64,000 bases of DNA from an uncultured Rhodospirillaceae bacterium (GCA_913043025.1 CAJWLM010000007.1:65265-129264); one strand, 5' to 3'; shown: positions 41,613-51,361, numbered from the stretch's first letter. Notes: generated by a model not told the origin, from the letters alone. A program made the numbers and translations.

Positions 41613-43394
41613 GTGGATAAATTCATGGCAAGATCACTTGCGAAGGCATTCCTAGGTTTTACGTCAATCGCAGTGGTTATTAGCGTATTCTATTATTTGC
41701 TACCGCTCATCGACAAGAATCCTGGTAAAACTGTGACAAAGCCAGACGACATTACCCTTTCGCCATTGACCATTGAAAAACCATCGACCTTCGGCAGATT
41801 TTTAGCTGGACGTTTTGCTGAGCGCCGCAGTGATTTGAAGCATGCTGCACTATTAATGGAAGAAGTGCACAAAGAAGAACCCAAAAATGAGCTGTTTTTA
41901 CGTCAAGCATTTGTGCTGGCTGTAAGTGCTGGACATAATGATAAAGCACTCCAGTTTGCCCGTCAGATGGAAGGTAGGTCTGGTTACGACTCAACTGCTC
42001 GAATTACTCAAATCGCTTCTGATTTCAGAGAGAAAAAATACTCTGAAGCGTTAGGTAGGTTGGAGAATGCTGAAACTAGTGGTTTAGGGCTTTATGTCGT
42101 GCCGCTAGCTAGAGCTTGGAGCCTAGCCGGGCAAAAAAAATTTTTTGAGGCCAGAAATGCCCTTGCGGTGATGACACAGGAAAAAGGATCAAACTCGATA
42201 TATCGGTTAAATGTGGGATTAATTAATTACTTAGCGGGTGATTTCGATGAAGCTTATCAACAGCTAAAAAAAGTCAGTGAGGACGGTAATTTCTTGACTG
42301 CCCCAGTCCGTATCCAGCGGGTCGTAATTCCAATACTGCAAAAACTCGGTAAGAAAAAAGAGGCATTAGAAATTATTGATGGGCAACGGGACGCCGATAT
42401 TGATGACTTTATATTTTCAGGTTTACGTGAAAATGTAGAAAGTGGAAAACTTGTTGCATCTTTAGTAGAGACGCCCGCACAGGGATTAGCGGAGGGTTTA
42501 TTCAGTTTGGCTACTGCATTGCCACGAGACCGAGCCAGCAATATGATTTTACTCTACACGCGGCTCGCCTGCATGTTAAAGCCGAATTTTCCACTTGCGC
42601 AAATTCTGATCGGTGACATCCTTATGTCACGACAAAGGTTTGAAGATGCGGTTGAAAATTATCGCAAAGTAGACCCTGGGTCAGGTTATTCCTGGACTGC
42701 GCAGCTGCGGACTGCTGACGCATTATATGAGGAGGGGCGCTTAAATGAGGCACAAGTGCTCCTTGAGGAAATGGGAAACCTCAGGCCACATAGGTTGGAT
42801 GCATTGCTGAGACTTGGTAACTTTTTTAGGTTTAAGGAACGCTATTTAGAAGCAGTCGAAGTCTACGATCGCATGTTTGCTCGATTAAAAGTACCAAAGA
42901 AGCAGGACTGGAACCTGTTCTATGCACGAGGTATTGCGCTGGAACGATCAAAAAATTGGGCTAGGGCGGAAAAAGACTTTCTTAAGGCGCTAGAATTAAA
43001 TCCTAATCAACCGTACGTTCAAAACTACCTAGGTTACTCATGGGTGGAGAAGCGGAAAAATATTGAACGTGCAAGAAAATTGATAGAAAACGCTGTAGCT
43101 CAACGTCGCAATGACGGTTACATCGTCGACTCTATGGGCTGGGTTCTTTATCGACTCGGGGAATTTGATAAAGCAGTACCGCATCTCGAACGAGCTGTAC
43201 AAATCAGACCACATGACCCAATTATTAACAATCATCTGGGCGATGCCTACTGGCGTGTTGGGCGCAAGCAAGAGGCTCGTTTTCAATGGCGGCGGGCTCT
43301 CAGCTTTAAGCCGGAAAAGGATGAACGCAGCAAAATCGTAATAAAAATTCAAACTGGTCTCGGTAAACCAGAAATACTAGGGAATGGTAAATGA
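41613..43394 (+). CDS. TPR-repeat protein with N-terminal membrane anchor
   Basis: 593 aa; TM helix FLGFTSIAVVISVFYYLL then multiple TPR units (e.g. AEKDFLKALELNPNQPYVQNYLGY); ATGA overlap with ispE. Confidence 0.8.
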   Translation: MDKFMARSLAKAFLGFTSIAVVISVFYYLLPLIDKNPGKTVTKPDDITLSPLTIEKPSTFGRFLAGRFAERRSDLKHAALLMEEVHKEEPKNELFLRQAFVLAVSAGHNDKALQFARQMEGRSGYDSTARITQIASDFREKKYSEALGRLENAETSGLGLYVVPLARAWSLAGQKKFFEARNALAVMTQEKGSNSIYRLNVGLINYLAGDFDEAYQQLKKVSEDGNFLTAPVRIQRVVIPILQKLGKKKEALEIIDGQRDADIDDFIFSGLRENVESGKLVASLVETPAQGLAEGLFSLATALPRDRASNMILLYTRLACMLKPNFPLAQILIGDILMSRQRFEDAVENYRKVDPGSGYSWTAQLRTADALYEEGRLNEAQVLLEEMGNLRPHRLDALLRLGNFFRFKERYLEAVEVYDRMFARLKVPKKQDWNLFYARGIALERSKNWARAEKDFLKALELNPNQPYVQNYLGYSWVEKRKNIERARKLIENAVAQRRNDGYIVDSMGWVLYRLGEFDKAVPHLERAVQIRPHDPIINNHLGDAYWRVGRKQEARFQWRRALSFKPEKDERSKIVIKIQTGLGKPEILGNGK

Positions 43395-44284
43395 GTGTTC
43401 GAGCAGACGACACGGTAAGGGCGTATGCTCGGGCAAAAATAAATTTATATCTTCATGTTTTGAATCGGCGTGAGGATGGCTATCATGAATTAGATAGCCT
43501 TTTTGTTTTTGGAGATTTTGCGGACGTCATTGCGGTCACTCCCGCGCGCTCATTGAGTTTGGAAATACAGGGCCCATTCGCTGGAAAATTAGGAGCTCAA
43601 GAGGATAATTCAGTGCTCCGGGCAGCCCGTCTGCTCGCGGACGCCGTGCAGATACGGCCGCAGACAAAGATCACGTTAACAAAGAATTTGCCAGTTGCTG
43701 CGGGTCTCGGCGGCGGTTCTGCTGATGCTGCGGCAGTACTTCGGGCCCTGGCAGCACTTTGGAGGATTTCTCCTTCAGCGGTCGACCTCACGCTGTTGGG
43801 AATGGGTATTGGATCAGATGTACCAGCGTGCCTTCTTAGCGAGCCTTGCTACGTAGGCGGCATCGGCGAGCAGATAGAACCAATTCCCGGCCTACCGGCC
43901 TTTCCCTTACTATTGGTCAATCCAGGAATAGAATTGGCAACGCGCTCTGTTTTTGGAACTTTTGGCAGAGAATTTTCAGAAGCAGCGCGGTTTTCAGAAG
44001 TTCCATCTACAATCTCTGAACTAGTAAGCCTTCTTCAAACTCGACACAATGATCTTGAGCGGCCTGCGATTAAAAAATGTTCGGGGATCGCAGAGATTTT
44101 ACACGCGCTTAATGAAACTGAAGGGTGTTTGCTGGCCAGGCTTTCCGGTAGTGGAGCCACTTGCTTTGGAATTTATGGGAATATTGTGGAGGCAAAACAG
44201 GCTGCTGCATTGCTCAAGAAACGAGGTTGGTGGGCTGAAGCTACTATGACTGCAAAAGCAGAGCGCCCATGGGAAGATCTTTAG
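43391..44284 (+). CDS. ispE: 4-diphosphocytidyl-2-C-methyl-D-erythritol kinase
   Basis: 297 aa; AKINLYLHV, GHMP-kinase motif LPVAAGLGGGSADAAA. Confidence 0.94.
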   Translation: MSVRADDTVRAYARAKINLYLHVLNRREDGYHELDSLFVFGDFADVIAVTPARSLSLEIQGPFAGKLGAQEDNSVLRAARLLADAVQIRPQTKITLTKNLPVAAGLGGGSADAAAVLRALAALWRISPSAVDLTLLGMGIGSDVPACLLSEPCYVGGIGEQIEPIPGLPAFPLLLVNPGIELATRSVFGTFGREFSEAARFSEVPSTISELVSLLQTRHNDLERPAIKKCSGIAEILHALNETEGCLLARLSGSGATCFGIYGNIVEAKQAAALLKKRGWWAEATMTAKAERPWEDL

Positions 44285-44560
44285 CCCAATTTCTCTCCGG
44301 CATATTGTTTGGCCGTGGGGTGATAGTGCAATTGGTCGATTAATATGCGAGTTTTGGGCCAAATTTGTTCAAAGGGCCTCAGGGAAGTTTATTGTATAAA
44401 AGGGATGTTTTTTCTTTGCGCTGTGAGTTGGTTTCGGTTAGCAAAGCTTCATGACTTGAACCAACGGAGTTGTTATCATTTGTAAAAGGTGTATTGATGT
44501 CGGGCTGTAAACATGGTCGCTTGCCCTAGCCGTCATTCACTTCTATCTTTCAAGTCAGGA

Positions 44561-44635
44561 AGGGGCGTAGCCAAGCGGTAAGGCAACGGGTTTTGATCCC
44601 GTGATGCGCAGGTTCGAATCCTGCCGCCCCTGCCA
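44561..44635 (+). tRNA. tRNA-Gln (anticodon UUG), CCA encoded
   Basis: Hand-folded cloverleaf: acceptor AGGGGCG/CGCCCCT, anticodon arm ACGGG-TTTTGAT-CCCGT (anticodon TTG), T-arm GCAGG-TTCGAAT-CCTGC, 3' GCCA; close match in layout to E. coli tRNA-Gln. Confidence 0.93.
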
Positions 44636-44665
44636 TCATGTTGTTGCTAGGCGGAGTGTGAAATC

Positions 44666-46099
44666 ATGATGGACTTACTGGCGATTGCCCCGTGGCTGGC
44701 TTTGTTTAGTTATGGGTTTCTAATTTGGCTGGTGATGCCAGGTGGAATTACAAACACTCAATTTTTTAGCGGTAGCAGTAAAGTCGGAGCCGAGCCCGGG
44801 TTAGTACTGTTGGTATCAAGTGCTGCAATTTCATGGATTTTCGCAAAGTCTATATCAAATGTTGCTGATTTGAGCGCTGCTTATGGGTGGATTGGGGCGA
44901 TAGGATATTCTGCGTATTACCTTTGTTTTATTATTGTAGGCGTTACAATCTATTTTATTCGTACTCGAGGCGGTTGGGAGTCTCTCTCCAGCTTCCTAAC
45001 GAACAAATATGGCGGAACCTGCACCAAACTCTTTATGGTGGCTATAGCTATTCGGCTGATTAATGAAATTTGGTCAAATACAAAGGTTGGCGCACTCTAT
45101 TTTGGCATTGAGGGCAGCAGTGGGTATTGGATTGCAGTAATATTTATCACAGGTTTCACTCTATTTTATTCCTGGCGAGGAGGCTTGCGTTCAAGCTTAA
45201 TTACTGATGGCGCGCAGATGCTATTGGCTGCGGTATTGCTGGTTGTTGTGCTTTCAACGCTTGGGCCAGGCCTTTATGCAGCCGGGCTGCCAAGGGTTAA
45301 TAATTCAACTATGCTTGCAGGATCGACCTTTTTTTGTCTCGCCCTTGTTCAGGCGCTCAGCTACGGGTTTCATGATCCGGTCATGACTGATCGTGCTTTT
45401 ATCACTAGCCCAAAACGTATGGTCAAAGGTTTTTTTTTAGCAGGGCTGGTGGCGGGTAGCTTCATTTTACTTTTTTCTATAATTGGAATTTACTCGCGAT
45501 CCCAAGGCCTAGATGGTGTGGCAGTTGTTGTAGTGCCAAGTGCATTCGGTCTTCCGATGCTTCTTGTGTTTAATGCCATTATGTTAACGAGTGCCGGCTC
45601 GACGCTTGATTCGACGTTTGCATCAGCGGCGAAATTAGGGGCGCGAGATTGGACAAATAACCAAGCACCTCCAACGGATAAACATTCGGCGCATGGCCGG
45701 CTTATGATGCTGGCGCTTGCCCTTTTAGGAAATTTGCCGCTACTAAGCATTTACCTTGGCGATGCTTTGGGGCCTGCAGTCATTGCTGCAACTACAATAA
45801 GTGGAACTATGATAATGGGATTGGCACCAATATTTCTTCTATCATGGATTAGAACGGCCAGAAAATTGAGTTTTCATCTGGCCTTTTGGCCAGGACTGTG
45901 TTTCGGGGTATTACTGACTCTTGAAAGTGCATTCAGCATCCAAATCTTCCCAGCAGCTCTTGACATAGGGGCAGGTAAATATGCAGATGATCTTGGCGTT
46001 AACGTCTATGGCCTAATAATTTGTACCGGGGGATTTCTTCTCGGTGCAATGTTTTCAAAGCTAGACACTTGCGCACGTGAGATATCAGCTTCAACCTAA
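44666..46099 (+). CDS. polytopic membrane permease, sodium:solute-symporter-like
   Basis: 477 aa, 12-13 predicted TM; N-terminal FFSGSSKVG..SAAISWIFAKSISNVA resembles the SSS family opening; family call tentative, CDS call firm. Confidence 0.6.
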   Translation: MMDLLAIAPWLALFSYGFLIWLVMPGGITNTQFFSGSSKVGAEPGLVLLVSSAAISWIFAKSISNVADLSAAYGWIGAIGYSAYYLCFIIVGVTIYFIRTRGGWESLSSFLTNKYGGTCTKLFMVAIAIRLINEIWSNTKVGALYFGIEGSSGYWIAVIFITGFTLFYSWRGGLRSSLITDGAQMLLAAVLLVVVLSTLGPGLYAAGLPRVNNSTMLAGSTFFCLALVQALSYGFHDPVMTDRAFITSPKRMVKGFFLAGLVAGSFILLFSIIGIYSRSQGLDGVAVVVVPSAFGLPMLLVFNAIMLTSAGSTLDSTFASAAKLGARDWTNNQAPPTDKHSAHGRLMMLALALLGNLPLLSIYLGDALGPAVIAATTISGTMIMGLAPIFLLSWIRTARKLSFHLAFWPGLCFGVLLTLESAFSIQIFPAALDIGAGKYADDLGVNVYGLIICTGGFLLGAMFSKLDTCAREISAST

Positions 46100-46101
46100 G
46101 G

Positions 46102-47034
46102 TTATTTGAATACCCGCTTGTCAGCACCCATCGATCCAAAATATCGATTCTTGAGTATTTGTTGATTCTCGTAGATTGATCCTTGATGAGGCGCTTTAGG
46201 GAAAGGCATTTTCACGGGAATATTTGTAAGTCTTGGCTCTAACGTGGAGAAACCGCGAACAATTAAGGCATCAAAGTCCTCTATGCTTTGCCCATTACGA
46301 AAGCCAGTTAGCGGCCATGCGTCAGCGGAAAAGTAGCCCTGGAGCAATAACCGGCGTGGTTTTGTCGAATGGTTCAAAGCCGATCCGTGCACGGAGCGGA
46401 CATGGTGGAGCGTTATTGTTCCGGCCGCTCCTGTTAGGGGTACAGCTTGTGAAAAAGCCATTGGTGTTTTAATTGGATCGATCGCTCCGCAGAAATACCC
46501 TTCACTGTGATGATCGATCACGCCCGCTTTGTGTGAGCCGGGAATAACCATCATAGGCCCATTATCTTCATCAACATCATCAAGATAAACCCCCAATGCT
46601 AGGCCTGTATCATTGGTGTGCGGATAGAATGCCCAGTCAGAATGCCATTCAACAGCCGCACCATACCCCGGCGCTTTCATATTCATTTTATTATTGTAAA
46701 GCCTTATATTGGGGCCAATAATTTGCTCTACTGGGTCCAGTGCGACGTCACTTCGCAGAAATTCATTGAAAAAAGCCCAATGCTTAAATGGTGATTTTAG
46801 ACGTCTGACCCGAGGCTCATGCAATGAGTGTGTTTCTTCAAGATCGTAGCATTCGTTGCTCTCAGTCAGCCCTTTAGCATCTTCCATTATTTCATCGGTC
46901 AATCTCAGCATCTTTGCTAACAAGCTAGCTGGCAAAGCTCTATCTATAACTGTAAAACCATCTTCCCAGTATTGCTCTATTTGTCGAGTATTAAGCTTTT
47001 TGATCACAACAATATTCCTTAATTCCAAATTCAC
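46102..47034 (-). CDS. phytanoyl-CoA dioxygenase (PhyH) family Fe(II)/2-oxoglutarate oxygenase
   Basis: 310 aa; facial-triad region VEWHSDWAFYPH (HxD) and distal LHHVRSVHGS; GTG start uncertain. Confidence 0.82.
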   Translation of the reverse strand: MNLELRNIVVIKKLNTRQIEQYWEDGFTVIDRALPASLLAKMLRLTDEIMEDAKGLTESNECYDLEETHSLHEPRVRRLKSPFKHWAFFNEFLRSDVALDPVEQIIGPNIRLYNNKMNMKAPGYGAAVEWHSDWAFYPHTNDTGLALGVYLDDVDEDNGPMMVIPGSHKAGVIDHHSEGYFCGAIDPIKTPMAFSQAVPLTGAAGTITLHHVRSVHGSALNHSTKPRRLLLQGYFSADAWPLTGFRNGQSIEDFDALIVRGFSTLEPRLTNIPVKMPFPKAPHQGSIYENQQILKNRYFGSMGADKRVFK

Positions 47035-47192
47035 ATGTCAAAAGGAAAAGCACCAGCCGAGCCCCTGTACCCTTTCAAATATATAACCAGCTAAGCCAAA
47101 TAAAAATATGAGTAATTTTCATTTAATCACTATCGTGTGCGGTTCTTTTGGATTAATTTTATCTATCAAATAATAATCTTAAGGAGACGCAG

Positions 47193-47255
47193 ATGAGTGT
47201 GGTTAAAATGTCTGTGCTCAACTTGACTGTTAAATTAATATTAGTGGTTGTTTAA
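47193..47255 (+). CDS. candidate 20-codon upstream ORF / leader peptide, Val/Leu-rich
   Basis: AAGGAG (47181-47186) 6 nt before ATG 47193; MSVVKMSVLNLTVKLILVVV then TAA 47253-47255; ends 19 nt before the CoA-transferase ATG. Confidence 0.35.
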   Translation: MSVVKMSVLNLTVKLILVVV

Positions 47256-47274
47256 TAACTCCTGAGGAATAAGG

Positions 47275-48477
47275 ATGGACGATGATCTCCCTTTCAACGG
47301 CGTAAAAGTACTCGATCTCAGTCAAGGTGTAGCGGCTCCTTATTGCGGAATGATGTTGGCGCGGAATGGCGCTAGTGTAATTAAAGTAGAGCCGCCTGGA
47401 ACTGGTTGCTGGAGCCGCCAGCTTGGTAAGCATAAGGGAGACCAGACGGCGCATTCTGTTGTTGTACACCGTGGAAAAAGATCTTTAGGTCTCAATCTTA
47501 AGACAGATGAAGGCTTGGCGATCGCTCAAAAAATTGCTGCAACTTGCAATGTTATTCTGCAGAACTACCGTGTTGGTAAAATTGATAAGTTCGATCTTGA
47601 TTATGATAGCGTTGCTAAGATAAATCCATCAGTTGTGTATCTGTCGGTCACAGGTTTCGGCCATGAGGGCCCGCGCCGTAATTTGCCGGCAACGGATTCG
47701 GTGATGCAGGCATATACGGGTATGATGTCGATCAATCGTGACTCCAACGGCACTCCCCAACGTATGGACATGTTGACCATTGATTTCGGTGCTGGGCTTT
47801 ATTGTTTTCAGGCAGTAGCAGCCGCGCTCTACAGGCAGGCCATTAAAGGTATTGGAAAGCATATCCGAACTAGTCTGCTCGAGGCGTCATTAACCTTCCA
47901 AGAGGCGGCAATGATGGAGTCTTACCTCCAAGAAGGCGAAGCAGAACCGATCGGCATGCCGGTTGGGTGTTTCAAGACCAAAGACGGCTTTATAAGTATC
48001 AATGCGCGTCGCAATCCACATTTTAAAGCATTTTGTGAACTGATTAAAAAAGAAGAATGGATAGATGATCCACGCTTCTCCAATGCGCTCGATCGGGTTA
48101 CTCACCGGGAGAAACTTTTAGAAGAGATTCGCCCCATAATAGAAACAAAGACTTGTGATGAATGGAATAAGGTTCTGGATGGGATCGATGTATTAAATGC
48201 AAAAGTGCACACTCACAAGGATCTGTTTAAAGATCCACAGGTCAAGGCAATGAGTGCAGTGCATTGGGTAAAAAATGACACCCTTGGTACATTACCCATG
48301 GCGTCAATTGCCGGGCAACCTCTGCCTGAAGATGGTCATCCGCTTACCCACAGCCCACACTTGGGAGAGCACAATGACGAAATACTGAGTGAATTGGGTT
48401 ACTCCCAAGCTTACACAGATCAACTGAGATCCAAGGGTGTGATAGGAGGTTACTATAATGGCAAACCTCCAAAGTAG
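47275..48477 (+). CDS. family III CoA-transferase (CaiB/BaiF type)
   Basis: 400 aa; N-terminal GVKVLDLSQGVAAPYCGMMLARNGASVIKVEPP and central GLYCFQAV..AL typical of CoA_transf_3. Confidence 0.88.
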   Translation: MDDDLPFNGVKVLDLSQGVAAPYCGMMLARNGASVIKVEPPGTGCWSRQLGKHKGDQTAHSVVVHRGKRSLGLNLKTDEGLAIAQKIAATCNVILQNYRVGKIDKFDLDYDSVAKINPSVVYLSVTGFGHEGPRRNLPATDSVMQAYTGMMSINRDSNGTPQRMDMLTIDFGAGLYCFQAVAAALYRQAIKGIGKHIRTSLLEASLTFQEAAMMESYLQEGEAEPIGMPVGCFKTKDGFISINARRNPHFKAFCELIKKEEWIDDPRFSNALDRVTHREKLLEEIRPIIETKTCDEWNKVLDGIDVLNAKVHTHKDLFKDPQVKAMSAVHWVKNDTLGTLPMASIAGQPLPEDGHPLTHSPHLGEHNDEILSELGYSQAYTDQLRSKGVIGGYYNGKPPK

Positions 48478-48478
48478 A

Positions 48479-49336
48479 TTAGGCTGATACCGGCACTGTC
48501 CCGCGCACCGTAATTCGCTGCATCCTGCGCCGCAGTGGTAAATCGAAATTGTGTTCAACAAAGTGTTGTGTTGGGAAATTATCCCACATTAAAAAATCGC
48601 CCGTTTGCCACTTATGTCGGTAGACAAAGTCCGGCTTTTTTACCCACTCAACTAGGAAACTTAATAACTGCTCGCTTTCTTCTGTTGGCAGGTCATTGAT
48701 GCCGACAGTCATGGCTTCATTGCAAAATAAAATTTTTCGTCCGGTAAAGGGATGTTGAATTACCAGCGGGTGTTCAACGTCATTGAGAGCCGCTGCTGAT
48801 TTCTTAAATTGCTCTCCTTGGCCAGATTTGAAATAGGCATAGGCATGTCGGTTGATGATTGATTTGCCGTCAATGCGGCTTTTGATGTCATCGGGCAACT
48901 CGTCGTAGGCTGCAGCTGTGTTAGAGAAAAGTGTGTCGCCGAGCACGGTTCCGTCATCAGTAATAGGCACTTCAAAGGAATAGAGGAGTGAAGCTCGGCT
49001 CGGGGTTTTGGTGTATGCGAGATCAGTATGCCAAAATTTACCCGCATCGGACACGCCAATCGGCTTGCCGTCTTCGTCGAGGATATTGGAGATTATAACG
49101 ATTTCTCCATGATTCGGATGAGCAAAATGGCTATAGACATCATTGTCAATTTCGCCGATACGTCCGGAAAATCGGATGTGATCCTCCTCCGTAATGTCCT
49201 GATTCCGAAAAACAATGACTGAATGGGTGTGAAAAGCATTTAGTATTGACTCGAAAGTGTTGTCGTCGAGTGGTTGACTCAAGTCAACACCCATTATCTC
49301 GGCGCCGTGAGCACCGCCAGAAGGAATAACTTCCAT
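48479..49336 (-). CDS. TauD/TfdA family Fe(II)/2-oxoglutarate dioxygenase
   Basis: 285 aa; GAEIMGVDLSQPL opening, HxD triad FWHTDLAY, distal FLMWDNFPTQH..R; GGAGA SD. Confidence 0.88.
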   Translation of the reverse strand: MEVIPSGGAHGAEIMGVDLSQPLDDNTFESILNAFHTHSVIVFRNQDITEEDHIRFSGRIGEIDNDVYSHFAHPNHGEIVIISNILDEDGKPIGVSDAGKFWHTDLAYTKTPSRASLLYSFEVPITDDGTVLGDTLFSNTAAAYDELPDDIKSRIDGKSIINRHAYAYFKSGQGEQFKKSAAALNDVEHPLVIQHPFTGRKILFCNEAMTVGINDLPTEESEQLLSFLVEWVKKPDFVYRHKWQTGDFLMWDNFPTQHFVEHNFDLPLRRRMQRITVRGTVPVSA

Positions 49337-49386
49337 CAGTATTCTCCCATGTCAGGTACAAATTTTGCTAGTAGTGCCATATAATT

Positions 49387-50073
49387 TCAAGTTACGGAGT
49401 TTTTAATTATTAATTCGGGTGCCTCTTGCCACGGGGTTGAGCTGGGAGCGAGGCGCGGTAACTCTAGTACAGGAATATTGGTCAGAAACCGTCTTATAGA
49501 GTTAGCTGTTTCGTCGATGGGGACCGGGCTATGCTCTGACTCGCTGATTACTATGGAAGCGACATTAAGCCCAAACTTTTGTGCAGTCTCCACAGTGGTT
49601 AACGTATGACTGATTGTGCCCAGGTATGAACCGGCAACCATTATGACGGGGTATTTCAAAGCTTTGATCCAGTCTAGGACAGTTTTGGAAGCGGTTAGGG
49701 GTACCATCAATCCTCCTACTCCCTCGATAAGCAGAAGATCATTCGACTCGTTTTCTGTTTCCTGACAAAAGTTTATAATAGATTCGAATTCTAGAGTCGT
49801 GCCTTCTCGTGCTGCTGCCATGTCTGGAGAAAGTGGTGCTTTAAACCGCCATGGCGAAATTGAATCTATCGCGGCTTGCGTTTGTTCAATCTCGAGGCAT
49901 TGCAAAATTTGCGCTGTATCGCTTTGGTTGCAGGTTTCCTTGTCATAACCGCTAATCACTGGTTTTAATACACGGACCCGCTTACCTTTCTCCCGAGCTT
50001 GCCAAGCAAGCGTTGTAGTAACAACGGTTTTCCCGATCTCAGTGCCTGTAGCAGTTATAAAGAATTTCTTCAT
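49387..50073 (-). CDS. bioD: dethiobiotin synthase
   Basis: 228 aa; P-loop FFITATGTEIGKTVVT, LIEGVGG motif; ATGA overlap with bioF. Confidence 0.93.
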   Translation of the reverse strand: MKKFFITATGTEIGKTVVTTTLAWQAREKGKRVRVLKPVISGYDKETCNQSDTAQILQCLEIEQTQAAIDSISPWRFKAPLSPDMAAAREGTTLEFESIINFCQETENESNDLLLIEGVGGLMVPLTASKTVLDWIKALKYPVIMVAGSYLGTISHTLTTVETAQKFGLNVASIVISESEHSPVPIDETANSIRRFLTNIPVLELPRLAPSSTPWQEAPELIIKNSVT

Positions 50074-51251
50074 GAGCTAATTGTGAAAGGATAAATAGGC
50101 TCTTCAGGTAGAAAAGGTTTTAATGAATAAGCAAGCTGTAGCACATCGGCCTCTTTGTGTTCGGCGGTAAAAGTAATACGTAGCCTAGATGTACCCTCTG
50201 CGACGGTCGGAGGGCGAATTGGCGTTACAATATATCCTTCGTTTTCAAGCGCTGAGCTAGCCTCGAGAGCCTTTTCTGCTGAACCAAGGATCACAGGCAC
50301 AATACAGCTTTCAGGTTCTGATAAGCCAAGGGTATTAGAAAACAGCTTGGCATGCATCATAGGTTTTTTCACTAATTCTTTGTCTGTAGCAATTAACTCA
50401 AGAGAGGCAATCGCAGCGGCCAATGTAGCGGGTGGTAGACCTGTGGTGTAAATAAAACTGCGTGCACGGGTTTTGATAAAGTCGATCACAGGCTTGGAGG
50501 CACACAGATAACCCCCGTAACCACCGATCGCCTTCGAGAGAGTTCCCATTTGCAAGGGTACCGGAATTTGATTTCCATCAACGTAAGAACTGCCTTTGCC
50601 GCCTGCAACAACGCCTAGCCCATGAGCATCGTCAATTAATAGCCAAGCATCGTATTTTTCGGCTAATGTTGCAATTTCTTTAACCGGAGCTCGATCTCCG
50701 TCCATACTGTACACCCCATCGACAAGAATCATACATTTTGGGTGCTGAGTTCGCGATGATTCAAGTATGGCTGCCAATTGATTGACATTGTTATGGTGAA
50801 AAGTCTTAAAAGTTGATCTGCTTAAGTGTGCCCCAGCATATAAACAGGCATGGCAGAGCTCATCGGCGATTACAAGGTCATCACGTCCAACAAGGCATGG
50901 GATTGCGCCAAGATTTGTTAAATACCCGTTACCAAAGACAATAGCATCTTCACTTCCCTTAAAGTTTGCGAGCTTAGACTCTAATTGTGTGTAAAGCGGA
51001 GTATTGCCAGTTACCAGGCGCGATGCCCCAGATCCTGCTCCGTAACGATAAAGAGCTGAACTAGCGGCAGAAAGAACTTTTGGATGATGCGATAGATCGA
51101 GGTAGTCATTACAAGAAAACGAAATCATATCTTTTCCGGCGCGTCGTGTTTTTGCGGGGCCATGGCGATCTGTCTCGACGAGGACACGGCGTAATTTTTT
51201 CGCCTCCATATCGTCGAGTTTTCCTTGGCAAAACTGATCGAGTGATTTCAC
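50070..51251 (-). CDS. bioF: 8-amino-7-oxononanoate synthase
   Basis: 393 aa alpha-oxoamine synthase; DDAHGLGV and PLP-lysine motif GTLSKAIG. Confidence 0.93.
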   Translation of the reverse strand: MKSLDQFCQGKLDDMEAKKLRRVLVETDRHGPAKTRRAGKDMISFSCNDYLDLSHHPKVLSAASSALYRYGAGSGASRLVTGNTPLYTQLESKLANFKGSEDAIVFGNGYLTNLGAIPCLVGRDDLVIADELCHACLYAGAHLSRSTFKTFHHNNVNQLAAILESSRTQHPKCMILVDGVYSMDGDRAPVKEIATLAEKYDAWLLIDDAHGLGVVAGGKGSSYVDGNQIPVPLQMGTLSKAIGGYGGYLCASKPVIDFIKTRARSFIYTTGLPPATLAAAIASLELIATDKELVKKPMMHAKLFSNTLGLSEPESCIVPVILGSAEKALEASSALENEGYIVTPIRPPTVAEGTSRLRITFTAEHKEADVLQLAYSLKPFLPEEPIYPFTISS

Positions 51252-51361
51252 ATCAATCTCCTATACCTCATCTAAAGTCCTGTGCGAGTGTGCACCTGTC
51301 AATTAGTCTTTGAACAGTTATTTGACTTTATCCTCGTGGTTAATGAATATGCACCTTAATA

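Noticed and set aside
44561-49336. tRNA-Gln followed by accessory-looking genes, considered as a tRNA-targeted genomic island
   Set aside because: There is no integrase, no mobility gene, and no direct repeat of the tRNA 3' end that I could spot downstream by eye. Composition looks like the rest of the window. An exact repeat search for the last 15-25 nt of the tRNA would be needed to be sure.
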